Shown here: positions 1-8,883 of the stretch, piece by piece | Position numbering within the stretch: position 1 is the first letter of the stretch | How the letters are laid out: each line of letters begins with the position of its first letter | Assembly: GCA_050253335.1 (NCBI GenBank) | Contig: JBFWJG010000025.1 | Location: forward strand, 1 to 33,963 | DNA from: Deferribacterales bacterium | GTDB taxonomy: Bacteria; Chrysiogenota; Deferribacteres; Deferribacterales; Geovibrionaceae | Direction of reading: 5' to 3' | Length of the DNA stretch: 33,963 bases | Translations under genes and position numbers: made by a program | The notes under the pieces: generated by a model | Database searches by the model: none | Told to the model about the DNA's origin: nothing | The model's input: the letters and a program-made list of their open reading frames with translations, nothing else

Positions 1-891
1 GAAGAAGCCGATTACCGCTTCGAGCTCCTCGGTGGTCATTTCATCCGCCGGAGGCATCATGTCGTCATAGTTTTTCACAATCTGAACCGCCGGTTCTTTT
101 ATTGCTTTTCTGAGGTATTCCTCGTCAGTCTTGACAGTTTTTTCTGCGCCGTCTTCAAGGACTGTCACGTCACGGCCGTACATGTCCATGAAGCTGGGGC
201 CGACAATTTCGCTTCCGTCCATGGAGTGGCAGTCAAGGCATCCGTATTTTTCGAGAACAAGGAGGCCTTCAGGCTTTTCGGAGTCCGCTTCGCCTGTTTC
301 GACCCACTTTATGAATTCCTCTTTGGGAACAACAACGACTTTGGAGAGCATGTACGCATGTCTCGTTCCGCAGTATTCCGCGCAGAGGATGTCATACTGG
401 GCGGCCTCGCCGCTGTTGAACCATGCGTAGGTCTGCATTCCGGGGACTGTGTCCATCTTGATTCTGAATGCGGGCACATAAAAGCTGTGGATAACGTCCA
501 CAGAGGTCATGTCAAGCTTAACCGGCGTGTTCTCCGGCACATAGAGCTTGTCGCTTGTGCGGCCGTCATCATAGATAAACTTCCATGACCACATGCGCGC
601 CTCGACCTTCACGACCATCGAATCGGCGGGAGCCTCTCTCAGCGCCTTATAGCCTGTCCAGCCGAACCAGAACATGGCGAAAACCAGAATGGTGGGTATA
701 ACCGTCCACAGGGTTTCGGCTATCACGTTCCCTTCTATGTCGCTGGGGACGGGGTTCCTCTTTTTGCTGTAGCGGAAGAGGAACCAGAGCGTAACTGCGG
801 TTATGAGAAACAGTATTGCGAATGACACGCCGAAGATGAACAGGAAAGCCTGATCAACCTTGCTTACGGCATCAACGAGATTATTTTCCAT
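1..891 (-). CDS. coxB: Cytochrome c oxidase subunit II with fused C-terminal cytochrome c domain (partial; 3' end runs off the window)
   Basis: Not in the ORF track; translated by hand from the ATG at 891: MENNLVDAVSKVDQAFLFIFG... It has two TM helices, the aromatic motif RMWSWKFIY, DVIHSF, the CuA motif CAEYCGTRHAYM (~349-384) and a heme-c motif CLDCH (226-240). The frame is open to position 1. Confidence 0.96.
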   Translation of the reverse strand, partial: MENNLVDAVSKVDQAFLFIFGVSFAILFLITAVTLWFLFRYSKKRNPVPSDIEGNVIAETLWTVIPTILVFAMFWFGWTGYKALREAPADSMVVKVEARMWSWKFIYDDGRTSDKLYVPENTPVKLDMTSVDVIHSFYVPAFRIKMDTVPGMQTYAWFNSGEAAQYDILCAEYCGTRHAYMLSKVVVVPKEEFIKWVETGEADSEKPEGLLVLEKYGCLDCHSMDGSEIVGPSFMDMYGRDVTVLEDGAEKTVKTDEEYLRKAIKEPAVQIVKNYDDMMPPADEMTTEELEAVIGFF

Positions 892-902
892 GAAACCGCC
901 CC

Positions 903-1187
903 TTACCTGTACGCCACGTCAAGGAAGGTCATTCCTATGAATATGGCGAGAATTAAAAAACACATGAATACGATTGCCTTGATGAACCTGTTTTCGTATT
1001 TCAGGTGCATGAAAAACATAATTACAAACAGCGATTTCGCAGTGGCCAGCGCAAGCGCCACAACAACCTTGAAATAGCCGAAATCAACCCGTGTGGCTGC
1101 CACTGTGATAAAAGTGAGCAGAAGAAGCACAGCCAGAACGGATGTGAGCAGCTTTACGCTGAGAATGTGACCGTTATGTTCCGACAT
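903..1187 (-). CDS. coxD: Cytochrome c oxidase subunit IV (caa3-type small subunit)
   Basis: Three hydrophobic helices and the ATAKSLFVIMFFMHLKYE motif typical of COX4_pro. Start moved to the ATG at 1187 (MSEHNGH), which has an AAGGAGG RBS upstream. Confidence 0.9.
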   Translation of the reverse strand: MSEHNGHILSVKLLTSVLAVLLLLTFITVAATRVDFGYFKVVVALALATAKSLFVIMFFMHLKYENRFIKAIVFMCFLILAIFIGMTFLDVAYR

Positions 1188-1200
1188 ATCAGACCTCCTT

Positions 1201-1806
1201 CTACAGAACCAGGTAAAACAGCGGGAAAAGGAATATCCACACCAGATCCACAATGTGCCAGTAAAGTCCGGCGTTTTCCAGCTTTACAAAATCTTCCCTG
1301 TTGATGATGTCCCTTTTGAGGAAGTTCACCATGAACCCGAGAACAATCATGCCTATTACTACGTGTATGCCGTGCAGTCCCGTCATGATGTAATACAGGC
1401 CGAAGAATATGTTCTCCCCGTGAGGCAGTTCCGCCAGATGCGGGGAGGTGGGGTATATCCCGTGGCTGAACTTCGCTTTCCACTCAAAAAACTTGTTCAC
1501 AAGGAACATGAGCGCCATGGCGATGGTGAGCCATGTGAAAAGCACGGCCTTCTTTTTATCTCCTTTCTGTATGAAGGAGATGGCAAGAGCCACAAAATAG
1601 CTGGACACAAGCAGAACAACCGTGTTCAGCGTGCCGATTATCACATCAAGCTCCTTTCCGCCGTCATGAAACTCCTGCGGGTACTTGGAGAGAAAAACCG
1701 AGTACAGGACAAAAAGCCCGCCGAAGAGCAAAACTTCCGTGAAAAGGAAGAGCCACATGCCGAGCTTTGCGCCGTGGTAGTCTTTATGAACGTGGTTATT
1801 ACTCAT
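1201..1806 (-). CDS. coxC: Cytochrome c oxidase subunit III (short form)
   Basis: Motifs GMWLFLFTEVLLFG, NTVVLLVSS, TGLHGIHV and GLYWHIVDLVWIFLFP. Confidence 0.96.
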   Translation of the reverse strand: MSNNHVHKDYHGAKLGMWLFLFTEVLLFGGLFVLYSVFLSKYPQEFHDGGKELDVIIGTLNTVVLLVSSYFVALAISFIQKGDKKKAVLFTWLTIAMALMFLVNKFFEWKAKFSHGIYPTSPHLAELPHGENIFFGLYYIMTGLHGIHVVIGMIVLGFMVNFLKRDIINREDFVKLENAGLYWHIVDLVWIFLFPLFYLVL

Positions 1807-3424
1807 CTCTTTCTACCCCCTTGTAGCTGTAGGGTTTGCCTGATGTATCGGGCTCTTTGTCGAAGTTGAGCAGAGGAGGAGGCGAGGGGACCTGCCATTC
1901 GAGAGTCGCCGCGCCCCAAGGGTTGCGGCCGACTTTTTTGCCGCTTCTTATTCCTCTGTAGAGGTTAAAGAACATAAGCAGAATGCCCGCTGCCAGTATC
2001 CACGAGCCGACAGTGGAGATGAAATGCCCCGTCTGATACTGCGGAAGGTAGTCGTAGTATCTTCTGGGCATACCCTCAAGACCGATGACGAACAGGGGCA
2101 GATAAAGCATGTTGAAGCCGATAAAAAGGATGCCGAATGCCCAGTTAGCTATGCTCTTGTTGTACATCCTGCCGTAGAACTTGGGCAGCCAGAAGTGCAG
2201 GGCGGCAAATAAACCGAAGCCTGTTCCGCCGAAGATTACATAATGGAAGTGGCTCACGACGAAGTAGGTGTCGTGCACGTGTACATCTGTTCCGGCGGAG
2301 CCGAGCACAAGACCCGTAAGACCGCCGACGGAGAACAGGAATATGAAGCCGAGCGCGTAAACCAGCGGCGGCTCAATGATTATCGAACCCTTATAGAGCG
2401 TTGCCACCCAGTTGAAAACCTTGATGGCTGAAGGTATTGCGACTATGAAAGTAAGCAGTGAGAATATCAGCACCGCCGTATCGCTCATTCCGGAGGTGAA
2501 CATATGATGCGCCCAGACCAGAGAGCCTGCGAAGGCTATCATAAGGCTTGAGACCGCTATGGCCTTGTAGCCGAAGATGCTCTTGCGGGCAAAAGCGGGA
2601 ATAATGTCGCTCACCACGCCCATTGCGGGGAGGATCATGATATACACCGCCGGATGTGAATATATCCAGAAAAGGTGCTGGTAAAGAATCGGGTCGCCGC
2701 CTTTGTTGGGGTCAAACAGACCTACTCCCAGAACCCTTTCCACAAAGATAAGCAGAACCGTTATCCCCAGAATCGGGGTGGCGAGAACCTGAATCCACCC
2801 TGTGGCGTAAAGAGACCAAGTGAAAAGGGGTATCTTTGTCCATGTTAGGCCGGGTGCGCGGAGACGGTGGATTGTGGTGATGAAGTTTATCCCTGTGAGG
2901 ATGGAGGAAAAGCCTAGAACAAAGACCGCCAGCACCGCCACATTTACGTTTGTGGTGGTGAACTCGCTGAACGGCACATAGAATGTCCATCCGGTATCCG
3001 GCGCTCCGCCCCCTGTGAAGAGAGAGAAGAGGGCGGCAACTGTTCCGATGAGGTACAGCCACCATGAAAACAGGTTAAGCCGCGGAAAAGCCACATCCTC
3101 CGCGCCGAGCTGAATGGGGAGCACAAGGTTCCCTATTGCTGCGGGGATACTGGGGATCACCACTATGAATATCATGATCACCCCGTGGAGAGTGAAGACT
3201 GCGTTGTATGTCTGGGCTTCCATGATTGTTCTGCCCGGCGCAATGAGCTCAAGCCTTATGAGCAGGCCAAGGCACACGCCGACAATGAACATTCCCAGAA
3301 CCATGTAGAGATACATAAGCCCGATGCGCTTATGATCCGTGGTTAAGAGCCAGCTCATGATCCCTTTTCTGTGGCTGCCCGAGTCTTCGAAAAAACTCGG
3401 TAAAGCAGTCGAATTATTACTCAT
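1799..3424 (-). CDS. coxA: Heme-copper oxidase subunit I, type A2
   Basis: Motifs TTDHKRIG (D-channel), TLHGVIMIF, TGWTFY, GGDPILYQHLFWIYSHPAVY (YS motif), VWAHHMF, HDTYFVVSHFHYV and GMPRRY. Confidence 0.98.
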   Translation of the reverse strand: MSNNSTALPSFFEDSGSHRKGIMSWLLTTDHKRIGLMYLYMVLGMFIVGVCLGLLIRLELIAPGRTIMEAQTYNAVFTLHGVIMIFIVVIPSIPAAIGNLVLPIQLGAEDVAFPRLNLFSWWLYLIGTVAALFSLFTGGGAPDTGWTFYVPFSEFTTTNVNVAVLAVFVLGFSSILTGINFITTIHRLRAPGLTWTKIPLFTWSLYATGWIQVLATPILGITVLLIFVERVLGVGLFDPNKGGDPILYQHLFWIYSHPAVYIMILPAMGVVSDIIPAFARKSIFGYKAIAVSSLMIAFAGSLVWAHHMFTSGMSDTAVLIFSLLTFIVAIPSAIKVFNWVATLYKGSIIIEPPLVYALGFIFLFSVGGLTGLVLGSAGTDVHVHDTYFVVSHFHYVIFGGTGFGLFAALHFWLPKFYGRMYNKSIANWAFGILFIGFNMLYLPLFVIGLEGMPRRYYDYLPQYQTGHFISTVGSWILAAGILLMFFNLYRGIRSGKKVGRNPWGAATLEWQVPSPPPLLNFDKEPDTSGKPYSYKGVERDE

Positions 3425-3446
3425 ACATTTTCCTCCCGAGTTCCCT

Positions 3447-4271
3447 TTACTTTTTCTTCTTTTTGCCGCCGAAAACGAGGAAGGCGGCGAAGGCGGCGAG
3501 GGTGAGGATAATTACCACACCGGAAACCTTCATTATATCAAAGACATATTTCTTTCCTTCCTGATCATAGCTGAAGCAGAAGGAGACAATTTTTTTAACG
3601 GAGAGTCCCGGTGTTTCGTTTTCTGCCTCAACCATGGCCATAGTAAGCTCAAAGGGGAGAATTTTTGTTCCGTAAAGGTAGCGTATAAGCTTTCCCGATT
3701 CCGAAACCGCAAACACCGCCACAGGGTGGGCGAAGTCCTTGTCCACTCTTTTGAACCTGTATCCTGCGGAATCCAGAAAAGCCTTGATGTTCTCTCTTGT
3801 TCCGGTGAGGAATATCCAGCCCTCAGGAGCTATTTTTCCGTCTGCCGCTTTGAGATAGTTGCGCTTCTTGTCTGCGGCAATTTCCGGAGTGTCGTTTTCG
3901 TCAAAGCTGAATGAAATAACCTGATAGGTTTTTCCCGCCTCCATCTTTATCTGAGGAATGATGGAAGAGAGGTTTGACTGAAGGAAGTTGCAGACATTCG
4001 GACAGTTGAAGTAAACAGGCGCAATGATAGTCGGCTTGTCGATAAGTTCGCGCATGGTTACTGTTCTGCCTTCGGAGTCAGTGAAAGGGATGTCCAGCGC
4101 TATCACTTCGCCGAGCTTTTCGGTCACTCCCGCTTCACTTTGCGCTTCCGGAGCCGGTTCCTTGTGGACGTGCTCTTCCTTTTTGTCCCCGTCTGCGTTA
4201 TGGCCATGCTCCGCCCCCCATAGAGGGAGGCAGAGCGCGAATACTGCTAATGTAATTAAAAGCTTTTTCAT
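3447..4271 (-). CDS. SCO1/SenC family copper chaperone
   Basis: Signal peptide, His-rich N-terminus, CPNVC (CxxxC), WIFLTG, conserved His (FAHP) and a C-terminal TM anchor. Directly upstream of coxA. Confidence 0.93.
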   Translation of the reverse strand: MKKLLITLAVFALCLPLWGAEHGHNADGDKKEEHVHKEPAPEAQSEAGVTEKLGEVIALDIPFTDSEGRTVTMRELIDKPTIIAPVYFNCPNVCNFLQSNLSSIIPQIKMEAGKTYQVISFSFDENDTPEIAADKKRNYLKAADGKIAPEGWIFLTGTRENIKAFLDSAGYRFKRVDKDFAHPVAVFAVSESGKLIRYLYGTKILPFELTMAMVEAENETPGLSVKKIVSFCFSYDQEGKKYVFDIMKVSGVVIILTLAAFAAFLVFGGKKKKK

Positions 4272-4280
4272 GCGGATTTA

Positions 4281-4583
4281 TCAGAACTTGGACATATAGT
4301 CCGCGAGGGCTTTCATGTCCTCGGGAGAGAGGCCCGCGGCCATTCTCTGCATTGTTGCTTTCTTTTCCCCGCCGTAGGAGCCGTCCTTATAGCCGGCGAG
4401 CTTCTTCTCAAGGTCGGCCGGGCTCTGTCCCTTTATTGCAGCCTTAGCTCCTGCGGGAACCTTGGAGCCGTCCGCCCCGTGACAGGCTTTACACTTATTG
4501 TAAAGAGCCGCTCCGTCGGAAGCTGCAAATGCCATTGCGAAAGTTGTTACGATAAACGCGGATGCTAAAAGTGTTTTTTTCAT
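4281..4583 (-). CDS. Periplasmic monoheme cytochrome c (c553-like)
   Basis: Start at ATG 4583 (MKKTLLASAF, GAGGTGG RBS). Signal peptide, CKACH, and YKDGSYGG..KATM carrying the likely axial Met, as in c553. Confidence 0.93.
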   Translation of the reverse strand: MKKTLLASAFIVTTFAMAFAASDGAALYNKCKACHGADGSKVPAGAKAAIKGQSPADLEKKLAGYKDGSYGGEKKATMQRMAAGLSPEDMKALADYMSKF

Positions 4584-4751
4584 TTTTCCACCTCTTATGA
4601 AAAGAAAGTACTGGTTTAATTCTACACTCAAAAGGTGTTAAATCAAATGGGATTTTCATTGTTTTACAAGATTAATGGGATATGAGAGCAGGTTTATAAC
4701 CGGATTTGTGAACTTTTCCCGTTTATGCGGTACATAGCTTAAACAAGGAGG

Positions 4752-5225
4752 ATGAGTATGAGGTTAAGTGTTATTTTGGCGGCGGTTTTCATGTTTGTCG
4801 CAACAGGGGCATTTGCCGCGGCGCCTGCTCTCTCAGGCTGTGAGACAGTCTCTGTTAAGACAGGAAAGGAGTCCGCGAAGGAGATCTCCCGTCTGCACGG
4901 AAAGGAGATTGAATTCGAAAGCTCATATGTCGCTGAATACAAATGCGGTAACGACCCTGTGATTATCTGGGCTTCCTTCTCAAAAACAAAGGAAGAGGCA
5001 AAAACGCTTTTTAAGCTGATGGATGATAAAATGCCCGCCAGTCAGGCGTTCAGAAACCTTATGAGGATGAAGACCGACGGCTTTGATGTGGCCTACGTCA
5101 CGGGGATGGGGATGGACAACTACTATTTTCTGGACGGAAAGGGGAACTACTGGCTTGCGGCAACGGGCAGGGACACCTTCACGCTTCTTAAAAAGCTCAC
5201 CGGAACTCTGAAACAGAGCCGTTAA
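4752..5225 (+). CDS. Hypothetical exported protein
   Basis: AAGGAGG RBS, Sec signal peptide ending AFA and a normal soluble composition. Divergent from the cytochrome c gene; its 3' end overlaps the citG 3' end. Confidence 0.75.
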   Translation: MSMRLSVILAAVFMFVATGAFAAAPALSGCETVSVKTGKESAKEISRLHGKEIEFESSYVAEYKCGNDPVIIWASFSKTKEEAKTLFKLMDDKMPASQAFRNLMRMKTDGFDVAYVTGMGMDNYYFLDGKGNYWLAATGRDTFTLLKKLTGTLKQSR

Positions 5226-6024
5226 AAAGCATAAGCGCGCAGCTGACTGCCAGAAGGTCGGCTGCGCCGCCCATTGTGAGTCTTATTGATTTGTAGTATT
5301 CGTTTCTTTCTTCCAGCCACGGGATGTGGGAGTCCGATTTCAGAAGCTCATGGAGCGTCCGCCCGTCATTTCTGATGATTTCAAGCCCTTCCATGCCGCA
5401 CCTGTGCAGGGCTGTTGTGTCCTCCACCGTCCGCATGAGGGCGGCGAGCCCTGCGAACCTTGTCCGTTCGGTGCATCCGCTTTCTGCGTATTCTTTTTCC
5501 ATGGCGGGGAGTGCACTCTCAAACACGGAGGGCAGACCGTTCAGACATTCGCCTGTTATTCCGCCTGCGCCGTATATCCGCCGTGCGGTTTCGCCGTTGG
5601 ATTCCGGCAGGGCGGATGTGAAGAACCCTTCTGATATTTCTTTTATCTCCCTGCGGAGGTCATCCCCTCTGAACGAGGCGAACAGAACAAGACCGCTGAG
5701 GAAAATGTAGCCCTTGTGGGCGTTGCTTCCGCAGATCTCATGCATTCGTTTCTCCGCCGCAAGTCCGGCAGAGCGCAGTTCGGCAATGTCCGCACCGCTC
5801 ATTGCGACTTCGGCAAGTTCATGATAATACAGAGGAAGAACTGAGACTGAGAGGAGCATCCCCGCATAGGAGAGATCCTCATGTGAGCCGCTGTCAGACC
5901 TGTCCACAAGGCCGGGCTTGGGGGAGAGGTCAAGCTCCGCCTTTGCCCCCTGAGTGAGGCAGTCAGAAATTTTTGTTATGAAAGCCGCTGAGGAGTTCTT
6001 CAGCGGCGCCGACAGCTTCCGCAT
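5197..6024 (-). CDS. citG: Triphosphoribosyl-dephospho-CoA synthase
   Basis: Motifs ELDLSPKPGLVD, GSHEDL, NAHKGYIF, EDTTALHRCG and TMGGAADLL. Last gene of the cit operon; the start is uncertain. Confidence 0.93.
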   Translation of the reverse strand: MRKLSAPLKNSSAAFITKISDCLTQGAKAELDLSPKPGLVDRSDSGSHEDLSYAGMLLSVSVLPLYYHELAEVAMSGADIAELRSAGLAAEKRMHEICGSNAHKGYIFLSGLVLFASFRGDDLRREIKEISEGFFTSALPESNGETARRIYGAGGITGECLNGLPSVFESALPAMEKEYAESGCTERTRFAGLAALMRTVEDTTALHRCGMEGLEIIRNDGRTLHELLKSDSHIPWLEERNEYYKSIRLTMGGAADLLAVSCALMLFNGSVSEFR

Positions 6025-6463
6025 GGGTGTGTTTCTCCGTTCTGATGCAGTCGGCGGCGCTTTCGCCGCAAATGAGGCATTTTCTTCTGCCCATGCCCGC
6101 TTCCGCCCGCCCGAATGCCTTTGTTCCGCTGTATATGTCTATGTCCAGAAGACGGCAGAAGGGGTGAAGCTCTTCCAGAGTCACCCCTGCCTTTTTCATT
6201 TCAGAGGGGTTAAGGGAGGTTTTCATGAAAACCGCTCTGCCTGCCGCATCCTGTACTGTTCTTACGGTTTCTGCGCCTGTGAGCCTTGTCAGCTCATTTT
6301 CAGCCCATGAGATCAGCGCGTCCGCCTTTGTCTTATCCTCCCCCGGCATGTTGGAGGAGATGACAATCAGGGAGCCGCCGCCGTTGCTTAGTTCGGCAGT
6401 CAGGCTCCATCTGGCGTCACGGGCAGCGAGCAGTTTATTCCTTAACTCTTCTGACCGTGTCAA
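5963..6463 (-). CDS. citX: Apo-citrate lyase phosphoribosyl-dephospho-CoA transferase (holo-ACP synthase)
   Basis: Motifs LLAARDAR, NMPGEDK, LEELHPFCRLLDIDI and RKCLICGESAADCIR. TTG start overlaps the citF end. Confidence 0.92.
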   Translation of the reverse strand: MTRSEELRNKLLAARDARWSLTAELSNGGGSLIVISSNMPGEDKTKADALISWAENELTRLTGAETVRTVQDAAGRAVFMKTSLNPSEMKKAGVTLEELHPFCRLLDIDIYSGTKAFGRAEAGMGRRKCLICGESAADCIRTEKHTHAEAVGAAEELLSGFHNKNF

Positions 6464-7973
6464 TTATGCTTCCGTCCCTGTATTCCACAAGGGCGATTAT
6501 GTCATCTGTAAATTCCACAGGGCGCGGCACGCCTGTTATCTGGGTTATCTCTCTGCGGAGGTCGTTTATATCCTTAACGGGCATCTTCGCTTTTATCAGT
6601 TCCTTTTTGAGGTCTTCATGCTTGCTGTTCACCGCTATGCCCCGTTCGGTGACTATCACGTCTATGTTCTCGCCGGGGGTGGTGACTGTTGTAACCTTAT
6701 CAAGGATAATGGGCAGACGGCCTCTTATGGAGGGGGCAACTATTATGGCAAGCTTCGCGCCCGCCGCCGTGTCTGTGTGCCCGCCTGTGTTGTGGAGGAG
6801 ATAGCCGTTTGACTCTGTGTTCACGTTTACGTTGAAGTCGACATCCACTTCCGTAGCGCCGAGGATAACCGCATCCAGCCTGTTCACCACCGCCCCGCAG
6901 TTGAACGGGTTGGCGTAGGTGTCTGCGCTTATCTCCTGATGGCGCATGTTTCTGCTGATGGATTCCACGGCTTTAAGGTCGAAGCACTGAACATCAAGCA
7001 GGGTTTCAAACAGCCCTTCCTCAAGCATATCAACGAAATATCCCGTGATTCCTCCGGAGCCGAATGAACCTTTTATCTTCTCCTCAAGCATCATGCGGCG
7101 CACATTGTCCGCAACGGCGAGGGATGTTCCTCCTGCACCGGTCTGGAAGGAGAAACCGTTTTTAAGCAGGCCGGAAGCTCTGATCACCTCGGCGGCGTAT
7201 TTTGCTATCATTAGCCCTATGGGGTCTTTGGTTACCCTTGTGGTGGTGGAGACAATCTTCTTGGGGTCGCCTAGTGTTTCTACCTGCACCACGAAGTCAA
7301 CGCATGTCTGGGGTATGCTCACCGGACATACGGGGTAGGGGACGAGGTTGTCCGTAACGGCGACGACGGTTTTCGCGTAGCGCGCGTCAACATGGGAATA
7401 ACCGAGGCTTCCGCAGGCGGACGGGCCGGAATAGCCGTTCATATTGCCGTATTCATCACAGCAGGGTGCGCCTATGAAAGCCACATCCACAACAACCTCT
7501 CCGGTCATCATGGATCTTGCGCGCCCGCCGTGGCTCCGCACTATTATGGGGCATTCCAGCTCGCCTCTGGAGGCGGCTTCGCCCACAGGGCCGTTCACGC
7601 CGCACTCAAGGCTTGTTATCACCCCTTTTTTTATGTAGGGGATAATCTCCGCATGCACGGGGTGCACCGAGCTTGAGGCGATTGTTATATTGCGTATGCC
7701 GAGGGCGTCTATTTCTTTCACCACCTGATTGAGGATGCTGTCCCCGTTTCTCAGGTGGTGGTGTGTTGCTATTGTCATTCCGTCTTTCAGTCCGGAGGCG
7801 GTTATCGCCTCACGCAGGCTGCCCAAAAGCTTCTTTTCTCCGGGGCGGACTATCTTAACGGGGCGGGCGTATTCTGTTCCCTGCGGGGTGAGCAGGGCGG
7901 CGGAGTTGTATGGGGTGCGTTTTATCCCGTTGAAAACCTCGGGGACTAATCTGCCGAGACTATTTAGCGCCAT
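6435..7973 (-). CDS. citF: Citrate lyase alpha chain (ACP/CoA transferase)
   Basis: Motifs LKDGMTIATHHHLRNGD, RSHGGRAR, CGSLGY, FSFQTGAGG, ATEVDVDFNVNV and VEYRDGSIID. Confidence 0.96.
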   Translation of the reverse strand: MALNSLGRLVPEVFNGIKRTPYNSAALLTPQGTEYARPVKIVRPGEKKLLGSLREAITASGLKDGMTIATHHHLRNGDSILNQVVKEIDALGIRNITIASSSVHPVHAEIIPYIKKGVITSLECGVNGPVGEAASRGELECPIIVRSHGGRARSMMTGEVVVDVAFIGAPCCDEYGNMNGYSGPSACGSLGYSHVDARYAKTVVAVTDNLVPYPVCPVSIPQTCVDFVVQVETLGDPKKIVSTTTRVTKDPIGLMIAKYAAEVIRASGLLKNGFSFQTGAGGTSLAVADNVRRMMLEEKIKGSFGSGGITGYFVDMLEEGLFETLLDVQCFDLKAVESISRNMRHQEISADTYANPFNCGAVVNRLDAVILGATEVDVDFNVNVNTESNGYLLHNTGGHTDTAAGAKLAIIVAPSIRGRLPIILDKVTTVTTPGENIDVIVTERGIAVNSKHEDLKKELIKAKMPVKDINDLRREITQITGVPRPVEFTDDIIALVEYRDGSIIDTVRRVKE

Positions 7974-8883
7974 AGATCACCTCGTCTGAAATTTCATAGT
8001 CAATAAGACCCAAAGACGCGGCGGTCTTCAGCACGTTTGATGAACGCTTCACTATGGGCGCGTCTATCATTTTTCCTTTGAGCGAGATAACTCCCGTTCC
8101 CATCTCCCTTGCCTTGAGGATCGCATCTATCACCTCAAGGGCGAAGTCTATCTCCTCCTTAGTGGGGGCGAAAACCTTGTGCACTATGTCTATCTGGCGG
8201 GGGTTGACGAGGGATTTCCCCGTAAAGCCCAGCTTCTTGCTGAGGCGGACTTCCTTCTCGAAGCTTTCCTCATCGTTCACATCGGGGAAGATGGTGTCTA
8301 TGGCCTGAATGCCCGCCGCCTTCGCCGCCCAGATAACACGGGTTCTGGCGTGGAAGAGCTCCTCGCCTGTTTTGCTTCTTTCTATGCCCATGCTCGCTGT
8401 GTAGTCCTCCGCGCCGAAGGCGAGGGCTATGACCCTTGAGGAGCATTTGGCTATTTTTATGCAGTTGATCACACCCTGCGCGCTTTCGATGGAGGGGATA
8501 ATCTTGAATGTTCCCAGTTCAATGCCGAAGTTTTCCTCGCACTCGGTGAGGAAGGTGTCGAGCCTTTCCACAATCTCGGGCGTGTCCGCCTTGGGCAGGC
8601 GCACACCGTCCGGCAGGGCGGGAAGAACCGTTCTGAGGTCGTCATAACCCCATTCGGTGTCCAGAGGGTTTATGCGGTAGAAGATCTCTTTGTTTCTGTC
8701 TTTGTAGTTTTCAAGAAAACTGCGCACAAGGAGCCTTGCGGCGTCTTTTTCGTTGAGTGGCACAGCGTCTTCAAGGTCTATGAAAACACAGTCGCAGTTG
8801 AAAATGGGGATGTTCTGAAGCATGGACGGCATGTTGCCCGGAACATAAAGCAGTGTTCTTCTTAAAGCCGCGGCGTTACTCAT
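7960..8883 (-). CDS. citE: Citrate lyase beta chain (citryl-ACP lyase, HpcH/HpaI family)
   Basis: Motifs RRTLLYVPGN, IDLEDAV, IESAQG, GAEDY, GFTGKSLVNPRQI and GKMIDAPIV. Start set to ATG 8883, which has a GAGG RBS. Confidence 0.95.
   Translation of the reverse strand: MSNAAALRRTLLYVPGNMPSMLQNIPIFNCDCVFIDLEDAVPLNEKDAARLLVRSFLENYKDRNKEIFYRINPLDTEWGYDDLRTVLPALPDGVRLPKADTPEIVERLDTFLTECEENFGIELGTFKIIPSIESAQGVINCIKIAKCSSRVIALAFGAEDYTASMGIERSKTGEELFHARTRVIWAAKAAGIQAIDTIFPDVNDEESFEKEVRLSKKLGFTGKSLVNPRQIDIVHKVFAPTKEEIDFALEVIDAILKAREMGTGVISLKGKMIDAPIVKRSSNVLKTAASLGLIDYEISDEVIYGAK

Noticed and set aside
1255..1869. 204-aa plus-strand ORF, and similar ones at 3339-3914, 6225-6812 and 11544-12176
   Set aside because: They are antisense shadows of coxC, sco, citX/citF and the Mo-enzyme genes.
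4706..4723. Rex-like TTGTGAA half-site upstream of the cox operon
   Set aside because: The right half (TCCCGTT) does not match TTCACAA.
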